IMG/VR virus record: IMGVR_UViG_3300005841_000032
Coordinates: 1 to 64,000 of that record
Reading direction: 5' to 3' (one strand)
Length of the DNA: 64,000 nt
DNA from: a virus
Shown: positions 1 to 9,206 of the stretch, piece by piece
How positions within the stretch are numbered: position 1 is the stretch's first letter
Layout: the number at the start of each line of letters is the position of its first letter
Program-made: the position numbers and the translations under genes
Notes under the pieces: generated by a model
The model's database searches: none
Told to the model about the DNA's origin: nothing
What the model saw: only the letters and a program-made list of their open reading frames with translations

Positions 1-308
1 GTATTATTATTTGTTGTGATCAGGCTGTTGGCATGACCCACATCGCCAACGTTCAGCGTGCCTCCCGAATTTACGGTCAGCGTGTTGTTGTTGGTCAGGG
101 TGGTTGTTCCAACTGTCAGGTTGGTTCCGTTATTTACGGTGGGGTTGATATTGTTATTGATTGTAACCGTTTCGGTTACATTATCTCCAATGTTGCCGCT
201 GGTCCAGTTGGCTGTCGTGACCCAGTCGCCCGAGGTTGTCATATCGGCTTGCGCAAAAACGCTCCCGACTGAGGAAATCAGCAGAGCAAGAAAAAGGGGT
301 ACTCTCAT
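1..308 (-). CDS. Host-like secreted protein, N-terminal part (runs off window)
   Basis: Own translation from ATG 308: MRVPLFLALLISSVGSVFA|QADMTTSGDWVTTANWTSGNIGDNVTETVTINNN...; Sec signal with Gln+1; Thr/Asn/Gly-rich; 148/300 GC by hand count. Confidence 0.75.
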   Translation of the reverse strand, partial: MRVPLFLALLISSVGSVFAQADMTTSGDWVTTANWTSGNIGDNVTETVTINNNINPTVNNGTNLTVGTTTLTNNNTLTVNSGGTLNVGDVGHANSLITTNNN

Positions 309-315
309 TTTTATC

Positions 316-534
316 TCATTTTTTATTATCATAAAAATACTCATGAAGTTCACCTATTTCACGATCTGTTAAATATGAAGTACCATATTCCTCTTTCCAT
401 GCTTCATATTCATCTTGAGTTAAGCCCATTGATTGAACCATTTGAATTAAACTTCTATTTTTACCATGAGAATAACCGATAAATTGAGCATCAGCTAACT
501 CTAACATATGTTCATTTACTTTTTTCTTAGCCAT
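316..534 (-). CDS. Hypothetical phage protein
   Basis: 72-aa ORF packed directly after the helicase. Confidence 0.6.
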   Translation of the reverse strand: MAKKKVNEHMLELADAQFIGYSHGKNRSLIQMVQSMGLTQDEYEAWKEEYGTSYLTDREIGELHEYFYDNKK

Positions 535-546
535 ATTGTTTTTATT

Positions 547-3060
547 TCATAGTTCAAGATAAACAAATTCATTCTTTGCACGGGTTAAACAAACGAAGGA
601 CAAATTCGATTCTTGTATTAATTGTTCCTTTGTTACCGCATACTGACTCGGTATTAGTTTTTTTCCTTCGTATTTCTCAATGAAGAACACCCTATCCGAT
701 TCAAGGCCTTTTGCCTTGTGCACAGTCATTAATGCTATTCCATCCCTTTCATTATCATCAAATACTGTTTCTATAAACGTTTCTACCTCTGATAAGGTGT
801 CAAATTTATCAAATAACATTCGTAGTATTTCTATTTTTTCAAGAATTATAGCGTATTGGGGGTGATTTTTAGGATTAATCAATTTTTTTCCGGTTTTCTT
901 TGAAATATTTTCAATTTTCTTCACTAAAATTTGTTGAAAATACAATTCTATCTCTTCTTTATCCTCTGTATCCGGACAATTTACAAGTAATGCTAATAAT
1001 CCCTTTTCTAATTCCTTTCCCACTATATAAGCTTTCTTTCCCATCTTTATTAGCTGCATGAATGCATCTACAAGTGGACGAGTATTGCGGCACAAAACAA
1101 AATCTCCGTCTTGCGCTTCTTCTAATTTTCCTTTTCTTACTATTCCTTCTTTTCCTTCTGGATTCTCTTCGATTTCTTTATATACCTTTTGTGCTTCTTT
1201 TACAATGTTCTTAGCGCACCTGTAACTTATTGATAATGGGAGTGTTACGGTATTAGGTTGGCTTGCAAAGCTGTCAAATGAATTAACATCTGAACCGCGA
1301 AAAGCGTAGATAGATTGCCGAGGATCACCGACCAAAATATTTCTTCCTGTCATTGGTTTTACTAACCTGTTCAAGAACAATTGATCTAGCTTACTCATAT
1401 CCTGTGCCTCATCGATTGCCAAGTAATCATATTGTGGCATTCTTATTTCTTTATTCCTTACCGGCATCTCTATAAAGTCCTGAAAATCTACATTTAAACT
1501 ATAATCATTTGTATCGTTGTATTTATAGAAATTCTTAATTGCTCTTATCATTATACTTATCTGTTCTTCTTCTAAATCTATCGCATAATTTTCTAATAAT
1601 TTTTCTACTTCTTCTTTTTCTGGCTTTGTCATTGTTGCTCTTGCCAATTTCATTACTCTGTCTACCTCATAGATTGTACTCCATTTCTTTCTATTATTTT
1701 TTTCTCTTTCTAATAATGGAAGTATAAAATCTATCTGTTTGTTTTCTTTTAATGTTACGTTGCCGGGATAATGTTTTCTAATTGCTCCAAATCCAATGGA
1801 GTGCATCGTACTACATTCGAAGCTATTTTCTAATCTTTCTTTCAGTTCATTTACTATGTGTTTATTAAATGCTACAAATAAACCTCTTTTTCCATAAGGA
1901 ATTAACTTGGATATTTCTACAAGAACAGTTGTGTTGTGTGTAACTGTAAAATCTCCAAGAAGGAATCGACCATCGCCATCTATTTCAAAACCATAATAAT
2001 TCCCTATACCTTTATACTCTATAGAAAATCCAGTATTTAAGACATCTTTCTTTTGCTTTCTAATCTTCGCCTTTTTTCTTTTTATTTTACATGGTATTTC
2101 GTGAACATTTCCACAAATAGAAATTCGCCAATAATATCCAATAAAATTACTATCCTTAATCGTTGATTTTTTATAAGTATAATTGGAATAAAATCCCAAA
2201 CTTCTAGCTAAAAATAAAATATCATTCTTGAGGACATCAAACTTAGTAGAAATCTCATAATATCCTCGTGAATAATGACCATCAGTATCAAGTAAGCCTG
2301 CCAATAATTGAAGTCTGTTTTTTCTTGAATTTATAAGATATTCTTTTGGTATAAATACCTCTTTGTCACTTAAACATCTTAAAAATTCATTTCTAAACTT
2401 ATTTCTTCCTGATCTTTTGCCGCTATTTTGAGTGGTTAATGAAATTCTATAGCATGAATCTCTATCATTATCAGAAACCATTTTAACTTCAATACCTTCT
2501 TCTTTTATATTCTTTAAGTAACTGATTAGCTCAATGTCTTTCGCATTTATAGAAACTGTAGGGGTTCCATTATGCTTTGTTCCATCTCCAATCCATACTC
2601 CCAATAAATAAGGATCAATGTTAGTTTTTTGTTTTGCAAACTCAACTCCAACCCTAAACTGTTTAAATTGATGTCGTTGCCATTTGGGCACCAATAGCCA
2701 ATCATTTAATGGAATATCTATTGTATCGTTTTTATTTATTCCTGACTCAGAATAGGAAGCTTTTAAACTTAATATGTGACTTTTATTGCACCCCCATATA
2801 TCCCCCTTTACAGGAATAACGTCATACATTTCATCTTCTCCCATTACAGTCGATAAAACATTTCTAGGCATCGAATCCGGCCCCATCAATTGATCACCTT
2901 GTTTTACATCTTGAACCTTTTTTATTTCGCCGCTAAACATCAAAACAGGAGTGTCAAATTTTAGACACTTACCGGCACCCGCTGTCGCCTGTATAGCTAT
3001 GTTCTTATTAGTAGTAATTACTTCTGAGAATATATTTTCTTGGTAGTGGCTGAACTTCAC
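547..3060 (-). CDS. UvrD/Rep-like SF1 helicase with intein
   Basis: Walker A ATAGAGK|T, IDEAQD, VGDPRQSIYAFRG, SYRC, TVHKAKGLE, VCLTRAK. Confidence 0.92.
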   Translation of the reverse strand: MKFSHYQENIFSEVITTNKNIAIQATAGAGKCLKFDTPVLMFSGEIKKVQDVKQGDQLMGPDSMPRNVLSTVMGEDEMYDVIPVKGDIWGCNKSHILSLKASYSESGINKNDTIDIPLNDWLLVPKWQRHQFKQFRVGVEFAKQKTNIDPYLLGVWIGDGTKHNGTPTVSINAKDIELISYLKNIKEEGIEVKMVSDNDRDSCYRISLTTQNSGKRSGRNKFRNEFLRCLSDKEVFIPKEYLINSRKNRLQLLAGLLDTDGHYSRGYYEISTKFDVLKNDILFLARSLGFYSNYTYKKSTIKDSNFIGYYWRISICGNVHEIPCKIKRKKAKIRKQKKDVLNTGFSIEYKGIGNYYGFEIDGDGRFLLGDFTVTHNTTVLVEISKLIPYGKRGLFVAFNKHIVNELKERLENSFECSTMHSIGFGAIRKHYPGNVTLKENKQIDFILPLLEREKNNRKKWSTIYEVDRVMKLARATMTKPEKEEVEKLLENYAIDLEEEQISIMIRAIKNFYKYNDTNDYSLNVDFQDFIEMPVRNKEIRMPQYDYLAIDEAQDMSKLDQLFLNRLVKPMTGRNILVGDPRQSIYAFRGSDVNSFDSFASQPNTVTLPLSISYRCAKNIVKEAQKVYKEIEENPEGKEGIVRKGKLEEAQDGDFVLCRNTRPLVDAFMQLIKMGKKAYIVGKELEKGLLALLVNCPDTEDKEEIELYFQQILVKKIENISKKTGKKLINPKNHPQYAIILEKIEILRMLFDKFDTLSEVETFIETVFDDNERDGIALMTVHKAKGLESDRVFFIEKYEGKKLIPSQYAVTKEQLIQESNLSFVCLTRAKNEFVYLEL
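1933..2967 (-). mobile_element. Class 1 intein with LAGLIDADG endonuclease (345 aa)
   Basis: CLKFDT...VTHN followed by Thr, inside Walker A; LLGVWIGDG and LLAGLLDTDG motifs. Confidence 0.92.
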
Positions 3061-3075
3061 GTAGTCAATTATATT

Positions 3076-3318
3076 TTAACTCTGTTTATTAGTTTTATTC
3101 TCTAGGCTTTTTAATATAGCTAATGTCTTTTCTCCATGCTCAATCAATTCTCTTTCTTGTTCAGCTATAAATTTCTGATTGTTTTTAAGCCAAAATCTAT
3201 ATCTATCTTTCCTTCTTGCTATAATTGCTTCAAATGATTCTATTGAAACATTATTTCTTATCAGCGTTTCCGCAGTTGTTTGCGGTAAATCCTTTAACCA
3301 ATCATCAGGCTTTTTCAT
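3076..3318 (-). CDS. Hypothetical phage protein
   Basis: 80 aa, ATGA-coupled. Confidence 0.55.
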   Translation of the reverse strand: MKKPDDWLKDLPQTTAETLIRNNVSIESFEAIIARRKDRYRFWLKNNQKFIAEQERELIEHGEKTLAILKSLENKTNKQS

Positions 3319-3551
3319 ATTGCTTCTCCTATTATTCCATAATCATAACCGTCTAATTCTAATCTATCGATTCTAAATCCATAAGCTTCAACAATACCGC
3401 TTAATTTTTCTATTTCTTCCTGCTGCTTGTTTATAATTTCAATCAATTCATTTATTTTTAAAGCAATATCTACTGTTATTGCAGGAACATGTTTCAGTTC
3501 TTCTGTTTTCCCTTGTGCCATATTAATTACCCCATTTATGTAAATCATCAA
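3315..3551 (-). CDS. Hypothetical coiled-coil protein (start probably MAQG at 3521)
   Basis: Coupled ORF in small-gene array. Confidence 0.5.
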   Translation of the reverse strand: MMIYINGVINMAQGKTEELKHVPAITVDIALKINELIEIINKQQEEIEKLSGIVEAYGFRIDRLELDGYDYGIIGEAI

Positions 3552-3711
3552 CTATTTCATTATAAATGTCATCATCTTCTTTTTGAACTTTCTCTTCTTC
3601 TCGAAGCATAACACCAATTAAATTTGCAAGGTGCGATAGCGTTAAAGACTTATCGCCGTTTCTTTGAATACTAACTCTAAGATATTCTTGCAGTTTTTCT
3701 AATTCTCTCAT
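3523..3711 (-). CDS. Hypothetical phage protein
   Basis: 62 aa, coupled. Confidence 0.55.
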   Translation of the reverse strand: MRELEKLQEYLRVSIQRNGDKSLTLSHLANLIGVMLREEEKVQKEDDDIYNEIVDDLHKWGN

Positions 3712-3920
3712 AATGTAAAATCTGGTTCGCCTGTTATTTTCTTTAATTGCTTTTGCAACTTATTTCGTTCTTTTGTAAGAGTTTTCAATCGCTCTTTCCA
3801 ATATACCATTCCTTCAAATAGTATGATGTGCACTTCATTTGCTTGCTTACATTCTATATTTACTTCCTTAAGTTTTGTTCTTATTTCTTGTTCTGTTTTC
3901 ATAATTTTATCTCCAAGCAT
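3708..3920 (-). CDS. Hypothetical coiled-coil protein
   Basis: 70 aa, coupled. Confidence 0.5.
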   Translation of the reverse strand: MLGDKIMKTEQEIRTKLKEVNIECKQANEVHIILFEGMVYWKERLKTLTKERNKLQKQLKKITGEPDFTL

Positions 3921-4350
3921 AAATTTCTGCTTCTGGATTTTCTTTGCATGCTGCCAAATATCTATCGATAAATGAAACTAATGTCTCGTAACTTCCCCAT
4001 CCATTTGGCGGGTTATATAATTTATATTTTTCTGGTTTATCAGTTAAATCTTTCAGCCCCCTCTCAAGAGGGTCAATTAAATCTTTTGCTATTTTAATTC
4101 CTTGTTCTTCAGGTCTCCAAATACAATAGTATAATCCGGCTTTCTCTGCCATATCAACGAGATTGTGAGTTATATTGCCTTCAAACACCTCAATAGTTTC
4201 TAATGGTTGCCGATCGCTATAATATTGCTCAATGGTCGGTAACAAATTAAACAATTCATGTTCTTTTACTTCTTTCAGTGATCGTTCCAGGTTTTCTTTC
4301 CACTCCTTATATTTATGATTTAGGATTCTTAGCGATATATCTAGACTCAT
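3907..4350 (-). CDS. Conserved hypothetical phage protein
   Basis: NITHNL..MA..AG.Y..IW and NP.NGWGSY motifs recognisable from phage hypotheticals. Confidence 0.65.
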   Translation of the reverse strand: MSLDISLRILNHKYKEWKENLERSLKEVKEHELFNLLPTIEQYYSDRQPLETIEVFEGNITHNLVDMAEKAGLYYCIWRPEEQGIKIAKDLIDPLERGLKDLTDKPEKYKLYNPPNGWGSYETLVSFIDRYLAACKENPEAEIYAWR

Positions 4351-4581
4351 AGCTTTCTATATTTTTTCTTAAACCATTGTACAAATTGACTTTTAGCGTT
4401 ACCCTTATAAGGATAATCTTCATTATACACATAATCATGTATTCCGGCATTCCATGCTTGTCTCATTTTCATTCTTACAAATACAACTATGCTATTTGTA
4501 AATTCTTCTGGAGTAATTCCATCCATCTCAGTATCAATATAATCAAAATTGTCATAGATTTCTTTTTTCCAGCTTATTCAT
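4347..4581 (-). pseudogene. Frameshifted hypothetical gene (extra A in A6 run)
   Basis: ATG AAT AAG CTG GAA AAA A|GAA ATC...; removing one A gives a 77-aa ORF whose TGA overlaps the ATG at 4350. Confidence 0.6.
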
Positions 4582-4607
4582 TTTACTTTCTGTTTTAAAT
4601 TGATTTT

Positions 4608-5216
4608 TCATATTTCTTTTATGTAAATCCTTACTTCATTTGGAGCCGTTAATTTACCCCCGTAATAGGGGAATAATTTAAATCTAAGCCCATCGTATTT
4701 CTTTTCCATTGGCACTACCGTTCCACCTATCAAATCAGTTTTCCCTTCACCCTGATACACTCTTATTTCATACATCTCATCGCTTTCTCTATACATTAAT
4801 ATTCGATAATTTTCATAACAATGAATGGTGCATAACTCAGTCCAATATCTCTTTCCATCAAGGTAGTTATAAGCATATAATTTCACCATTTCTCCGCCCA
4901 TCGTTTGCCACCCTAGTCTAATTGATCTGTAATGCAAATCAAATCCAAATGCCATTCCGTACAACTTATGAGTTGATCTATCTTCATACCAATTATCAGG
5001 GCTTGTTCCATCACTAAACATTACATTAAATTCCAACCTATCTTTAGTTACCAATCCCAATTTATAAGGCAATTTGATCACGTCATTAAATCGAGTCGAG
5101 TAATGTTTCCCTTTCTTTATTCGATACAAGGTCATTTGTTTTGCGCACAAATGGCTCATCCAAAACATTAATGCAATGAATGAGAGAATGGGGATGGCTA
5201 GGATTAGTAGTATCAT
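4608..5216 (-). CDS. Membrane-anchored beta-rich protein
   Basis: N-terminal hydrophobic helix, aromatic beta-strand-like remainder. Confidence 0.6.
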   Translation of the reverse strand: MILLILAIPILSFIALMFWMSHLCAKQMTLYRIKKGKHYSTRFNDVIKLPYKLGLVTKDRLEFNVMFSDGTSPDNWYEDRSTHKLYGMAFGFDLHYRSIRLGWQTMGGEMVKLYAYNYLDGKRYWTELCTIHCYENYRILMYRESDEMYEIRVYQGEGKTDLIGGTVVPMEKKYDGLRFKLFPYYGGKLTAPNEVRIYIKEI

Positions 5217-6061
5217 TTTTTTCCTTTTATTCTTTCTTGTACCTCAATCGGAAAACTTGCAATTCGTTTCTCAGTAATTGCGTCTGCATCGTGATATTGT
5301 TTATCCTCATTCTTTTCCCAATCTGCATAAGTCATAACCCAAAAAGGGGTTGGTTGCTTAATCCAAGTTGGCAAAAATTTTCCACATTCTTGCATCAACT
5401 TAATATTTGAAATCACAGCCTCTCTGCAATCATGATTACCAATCCACACAGTTCTTTTACCATTACCAAATGCTCCTTCCAATAAAATTTGTTGATCTTC
5501 CCAAATTTGCTTATTCTCTAATTTAAATTGTTCACAAGATTGGCTTGTCCAAGGTATTTCTTTTGGATAATTCGGAATTCTATATTCATTCAAATTTTCA
5601 TCAATTAAACCAATATGCATTTCGCCTTCTGAGAAATAAAAACCGCCGGACGACGTGCAATTACCAGTTTCAAATCCAATATTTGGAGACCAATTATAAT
5701 AAAATTTACCACCATTCACGCTATTTCCAAAGTAAGTGTCAAAACTCAATAAGATTCCCAAATCATAATGATACAATACATATAATTTGTTATCCTTTCC
5801 ATCTTTATCTGAAAAATCTTCAACATAAATATCTTCAAATCCAAACCCCTTTATTACTCGGAAATAATCGGACAATTTCATACTAAATGTCGTATCACCA
5901 ATTGCATTTAAAACTCTATTCTTTTTTTCATTATGTTTTATATGAAGCCACAAGCCCAAGTTAGATGTATCTTTATCTTCCTTATAAGATTTTCCTGTAA
6001 TTTCTTCTGCTAAGCTTAACGGATCAACCATTAACATTTTCTTAATATCTTCTGTTTTCAT
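5213..6061 (-). CDS. Hypothetical phage protein
   Basis: 282-aa coupled ORF. Confidence 0.65.
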   Translation of the reverse strand: MKTEDIKKMLMVDPLSLAEEITGKSYKEDKDTSNLGLWLHIKHNEKKNRVLNAIGDTTFSMKLSDYFRVIKGFGFEDIYVEDFSDKDGKDNKLYVLYHYDLGILLSFDTYFGNSVNGGKFYYNWSPNIGFETGNCTSSGGFYFSEGEMHIGLIDENLNEYRIPNYPKEIPWTSQSCEQFKLENKQIWEDQQILLEGAFGNGKRTVWIGNHDCREAVISNIKLMQECGKFLPTWIKQPTPFWVMTYADWEKNEDKQYHDADAITEKRIASFPIEVQERIKGKK

Positions 6062-6525
6062 AAATCTTTTATTTTAATTGTTTTGTGCGCTCCTTTATTT
6101 GCAAGTATATCCGCGACATGGTTATAGTAATTGTGTTCCTGCATTTGTGTATGGCCACGTATCCAATTCAGTTTCACCTTCCCATCTAATCGAAAGTACT
6201 CATCTACAAATATAATCCAAAGATCGGCATGCGTTCTATTTTTAAAATTGTTTCTATACCATCTGAATACCCATTCTTTTTCTACCGAATTTACTATCCA
6301 TTCACAATCCATGAATATGTTTGCGTGTTCGCCTTTATTTACGTACTTCAATGATGAAACTAATGCTTTCAATTCCATTCTCGCACTAGAGGTGTTAAAA
6401 TAACTTCCTCCACAAAATTGCCTAATCGTCCGTCCTCTTTTTAACACTATACCATATCCTCCTCTGTCATGAGTTAAATTATGTGCGGAGCCATCAGTCC
6501 ATATTTCTACGTTCATTTCTAACAT
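6058..6525 (-). CDS. rnhA: Ribonuclease HI
   Basis: WTDGS, RMEL, D, WIRGH, N..AD.LA catalytic motifs. Confidence 0.92.
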   Translation of the reverse strand: MLEMNVEIWTDGSAHNLTHDRGGYGIVLKRGRTIRQFCGGSYFNTSSARMELKALVSSLKYVNKGEHANIFMDCEWIVNSVEKEWVFRWYRNNFKNRTHADLWIIFVDEYFRLDGKVKLNWIRGHTQMQEHNYYNHVADILANKGAHKTIKIKDL

Positions 6526-7243
6526 TTATTAGCCTATCGATCCAACAATTAAAGTCTTCATAAGTCATATAACTTTTAGCCTTATTGCAAGTTAAACAGC
6601 AACTAACAACATTATCTAACTCATAACCTTTATTATTATCAAGCCTGTCAACTCCATTATAATAGTAAAAAGACCAAAAATTTGTTTTTCTTACAATTAA
6701 TAATTGTTTAGCGGGTATTCCGCAATAGTGACAATTCTGTTTAGTTAAATAATAAAATTCTTTTTTGCTTAAATCAAATGATCTACCATTTTTTACAGCG
6801 CTATGCCTATAAGTCGCATATAATCTATTAAAAGTTGAATCGGCCTGTTCAAATTTTTCATTTATATCAATCTTTGCTCTATCTATACCGACCACACTAT
6901 ATCGCAAACAACCACAGCTTTTTTGAAATCTCAATTGCCCTCTGTGAACTTTAGAAATTCTTCCACATTGACACAAACAATTAAAATAAGGAGTTTTGCT
7001 TTTACCACTTCTACTTATTTTATACCCAGCAAATGAAACTATTTTCATTATTCCAACTGATTCTCCTATTCGATCTGCATAATCTTGCTCCTGACATTTG
7101 CCTCTTGGAAATTTTATACCATATTCAGAAGTATATCTCATTACGGTACTTGGGTAAACTCCATTCTCTTTAGCAATTTGCTTAATTGTCTTGCCTTCCT
7201 TTAAGCACTTCTTTAAATATTTCTTATCAGTATATTTTTTCAT
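6494..7243 (-). CDS. HNH homing endonuclease with N-terminal HTH
   Basis: CLCQCG/SCGC, CHYCG, GVDRLDNNKGY..DNVVSCC..CN.AK; start re-called to MKKY at 7243. Confidence 0.8.
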   Translation of the reverse strand: MKKYTDKKYLKKCLKEGKTIKQIAKENGVYPSTVMRYTSEYGIKFPRGKCQEQDYADRIGESVGIMKIVSFAGYKISRSGKSKTPYFNCLCQCGRISKVHRGQLRFQKSCGCLRYSVVGIDRAKIDINEKFEQADSTFNRLYATYRHSAVKNGRSFDLSKKEFYYLTKQNCHYCGIPAKQLLIVRKTNFWSFYYYNGVDRLDNNKGYELDNVVSCCLTCNKAKSYMTYEDFNCWIDRLINVRNERRNMD

Positions 7244-7308
7244 ACTGATTAAAAATACCAAAAATCACTATTACTGATGGAACGTTATCAACCTAAACGT
7301 CTATTTTG

Positions 7309-7383
7309 TGGGCCTTGATGGATTTGAATCAACGACCTACAGATTATGAGTTCTGCCGCTCTAACCATCTGAGCTAAAGGCTC
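7309..7383 (-). tRNA. Degenerate tRNA with CAU anticodon (Ile2/Met-like), possible pseudo-tRNA
   Basis: GAGCCTT-TA-GCTC-AGATGGTTA-GAGC-G-GCAGA-ACTCATAA-TCTGT-AGGTC-GTTGA-TTCAAAT-CCATC-AAGGCCC-A; mismatches in acceptor and T stems; 8-nt anticodon loop; no CCA. Confidence 0.75.
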
Positions 7384-7389
7384 TATTAT

Positions 7390-7620
7390 TTATTCAATTC
7401 TATAACAATACAATTCTCCATTTTCATCTTTCCTTACACTAAACTTCCATTCAGGCGATTGTCTCTTTGCGAATGAATGAGCAAGTGTGCTAATCGAATA
7501 ACGTTTCATTGGGTCTATTTTCATTGCATCACCTTTATTCATTTCTGCAAATGGATACTTGCTTTGACCTTTCTTTTTAGTCGTTCGCACCTTTGGTATT
7601 TTCTTTCGCTCTATATTCAT
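7390..7620 (-). CDS. Small basic putative DNA-binding protein
   Basis: SKYPF..M..GD motif, Lys-rich. Confidence 0.6.
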   Translation of the reverse strand: MNIERKKIPKVRTTKKKGQSKYPFAEMNKGDAMKIDPMKRYSISTLAHSFAKRQSPEWKFSVRKDENGELYCYRIE

Positions 7621-7623
7621 TTT

Positions 7624-7728
7624 CTACCCTATTAAAATTTTAACCACAAAATACAACACTAATACTATCACAATAATAATCAATTTTGTATCTGTGTTGT
7701 TATGTCGGGGATTTTGATATATGTTCAT
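7624..7728 (-). CDS. Small membrane peptide (34 aa)
   Basis: Own translation MNIYQNPRHNNTDTKLIIIVIVLVLYFVVKILIG; fills the intergenic gap. Confidence 0.45.
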   Translation of the reverse strand: MNIYQNPRHNNTDTKLIIIVIVLVLYFVVKILIG

Positions 7729-7731
7729 TTC

Positions 7732-8112
7732 TTACATTTTGTTTTTATAAAGAGCTTCTATAGCAATGTCCTTAATATCCTGTATGGAGCCATATGGTTC
7801 AGAAGGGTTAAAATCAAATTGAGTTATTTGCTTCAACGCTTCCCGCAATTCCGATAACTCACATTTAAGTCCTCCATTATCTAAAACAAAATTTTTAACT
7901 GTTTCCTCTTGTTTTAAAATAAGTTCGAAAGCCTTTTTGTTTTGATCTTTTAACTTACCATTCTCTTCTTTCAAACGATCAATTTCCGATATATAACGAT
8001 CATGTATCTGATTTAAAGCTACGTTGTGGCCAGAGGCTTTTATAAAGTCGCTCCAATATCTTATGAAGTCTGTATATAAAAAGGGCATTGGTAACTGATT
8101 ATCGTTTTCCAT
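7732..8112 (-). CDS. Coiled-coil hypothetical protein
   Basis: LREAL..I...IA..AL C-terminus shared with the neighbouring ORF. Confidence 0.6.
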   Translation of the reverse strand: MENDNQLPMPFLYTDFIRYWSDFIKASGHNVALNQIHDRYISEIDRLKEENGKLKDQNKKAFELILKQEETVKNFVLDNGGLKCELSELREALKQITQFDFNPSEPYGSIQDIKDIAIEALYKNKM

Positions 8113-8125
8113 TTAGCGTACTATT

Positions 8126-8587
8126 TTATTTTTTATCGCTATTGACTTTGAGTGCTCCGGCGGCTATCTTATAAACTTCCTTATCGCCAAACACCATCTC
8201 ATCGTGATCTGAACGTCGGCTTAGCTTTTGAATACTCTCCAGTGCTTCGCGTAGACGCTTGATTTCATTCCTATTTGCTTGCGCTATAGTTACGGCTTCT
8301 TCGAAGTCTGAGCGTAGACGCTGGTTCTCAGTGTTTTTGCTTAGAAGTTCGGACTCTAGCCATGCGGTTGATTTTTTATATGCTTCGTCTCGCCCTTTGC
8401 TGTCTCTCAAAAGTCGTTCGTACATTTCTGAGATTTGTCTACAATAACGCTCAGCCATTATTATACGGTCATTTTCAAACCAATGTAATTTAGCTTTGTG
8501 TTCTTTACTTACTTCTTCTGCTTTGACTTTTAGTTGCTTGACTAATTTATTTAATTCGTCAAATCCGTTTAAATCTGGTGTATTCAT
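8126..8587 (-). CDS. Coiled-coil hypothetical protein
   Basis: LREALESI...IAAGAL C-terminus; follows a promoter. Confidence 0.6.
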   Translation of the reverse strand: MNTPDLNGFDELNKLVKQLKVKAEEVSKEHKAKLHWFENDRIIMAERYCRQISEMYERLLRDSKGRDEAYKKSTAWLESELLSKNTENQRLRSDFEEAVTIAQANRNEIKRLREALESIQKLSRRSDHDEMVFGDKEVYKIAAGALKVNSDKK

Positions 8588-8615
8588 GTTTTATTTCTCT
8601 TTACTATGTTTAACG

Positions 8616-8623
8616 CAAATGTA
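8616..8623 (-). promoter_or_regulatory. Bacteroidota-type -7 promoter element TACATTTG
   Basis: Matches TAnnTTTG, intergenic, ~30 nt upstream of ATG 8587. Confidence 0.6.
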
Positions 8624-8655
8624 TAAGATTCGGATGAAGTTTTTAAAGAAATTTT

Positions 8656-8817
8656 TTAACTATTTTGAGCAATATACTCAAGAATTGCTTGAGATTCTTC
8701 TTTCGCTCTTCCATGCACACCTGATTAATTGATGAAATCTTCGATCTTAAAATACAAACTGTCTTTCTCTTCTGAGTTAAGAAGGTCAATAAGGATTGCG
8801 ATGTTTGGAGCATTCAT
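8656..8817 (-). pseudogene. 54-codon ORF with internal in-frame TAA
   Basis: MNAPNIAILIDLLNSEEKDSLYFKIEDFIN*SGVHGRAKEESQAILEYIAQNS*; stop at 8725-8727. Confidence 0.45.
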
Positions 8818-8829
8818 ATATTCGTTTGT

Positions 8830-9078
8830 TTAAAATTCTATCAATCTTTTGTACTCAGAAATACCAACTTCAGTTAGCCAACAAGTTTCTTCGCCCTTAG
8901 TAGTATTATCTACCCCCGCTAACCCTTTTTTAACAAGAGAACCAAGATAACCTTTATCTTCTACTGTTTCAGTGCAACCCCAAACTACATCGGATAAATC
9001 ACCGTCTCTATATTCAGATTCAGCAATTTTGCGAAGCATTCTAAATTCACCTTGTGTTAAATTAGTCATTGGTTTCAT
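8830..9078 (-). CDS. Winged-helix-like early protein
   Basis: LGSLVKKGL...LTEVG pattern; start re-called to MKPM at 9078. Confidence 0.55.
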   Translation of the reverse strand: MKPMTNLTQGEFRMLRKIAESEYRDGDLSDVVWGCTETVEDKGYLGSLVKKGLAGVDNTTKGEETCWLTEVGISEYKRLIEF

Positions 9079-9099
9079 ATTTCTTGCTGTTTTGATATA

Positions 9100-9135
9100 C
9101 AATTATACGGCGATTCCGATTCCAAAGCAATACTT
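9100..9135 (-). promoter_or_regulatory. Putative early promoter (TTGCTTT...TATAATTG)
   Basis: Follows a terminator; shares TTGCTTT and downstream ATCAAAACA with the promoter at ~39284-39330. Confidence 0.5.
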
Positions 9136-9149
9136 TTTACAAATATTTT

Positions 9150-9186
9150 TTAAAATAAAATAGGCAAGCCTTTCGACCTGCCTATT
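9150..9186 (-). terminator. Intrinsic terminator
   Basis: ATAGGCAGGTC-GAAA-GGCTTGCCTAT then TTTATTTT. Confidence 0.8.
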
Positions 9187-9206
9187 CTGACTAAAATTAG
9201 GGCTTT

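Noticed and set aside
33-372. Plus-strand ORFs 33..272 and 58..372
   Set aside because: Antisense shadows of the minus-strand signal-peptide gene starting at 308
7646-7656. Promoter-like TATTTTG
   Set aside because: Lies inside a hydrophobic small ORF and is explained by Leu/Tyr/Phe/Val codons
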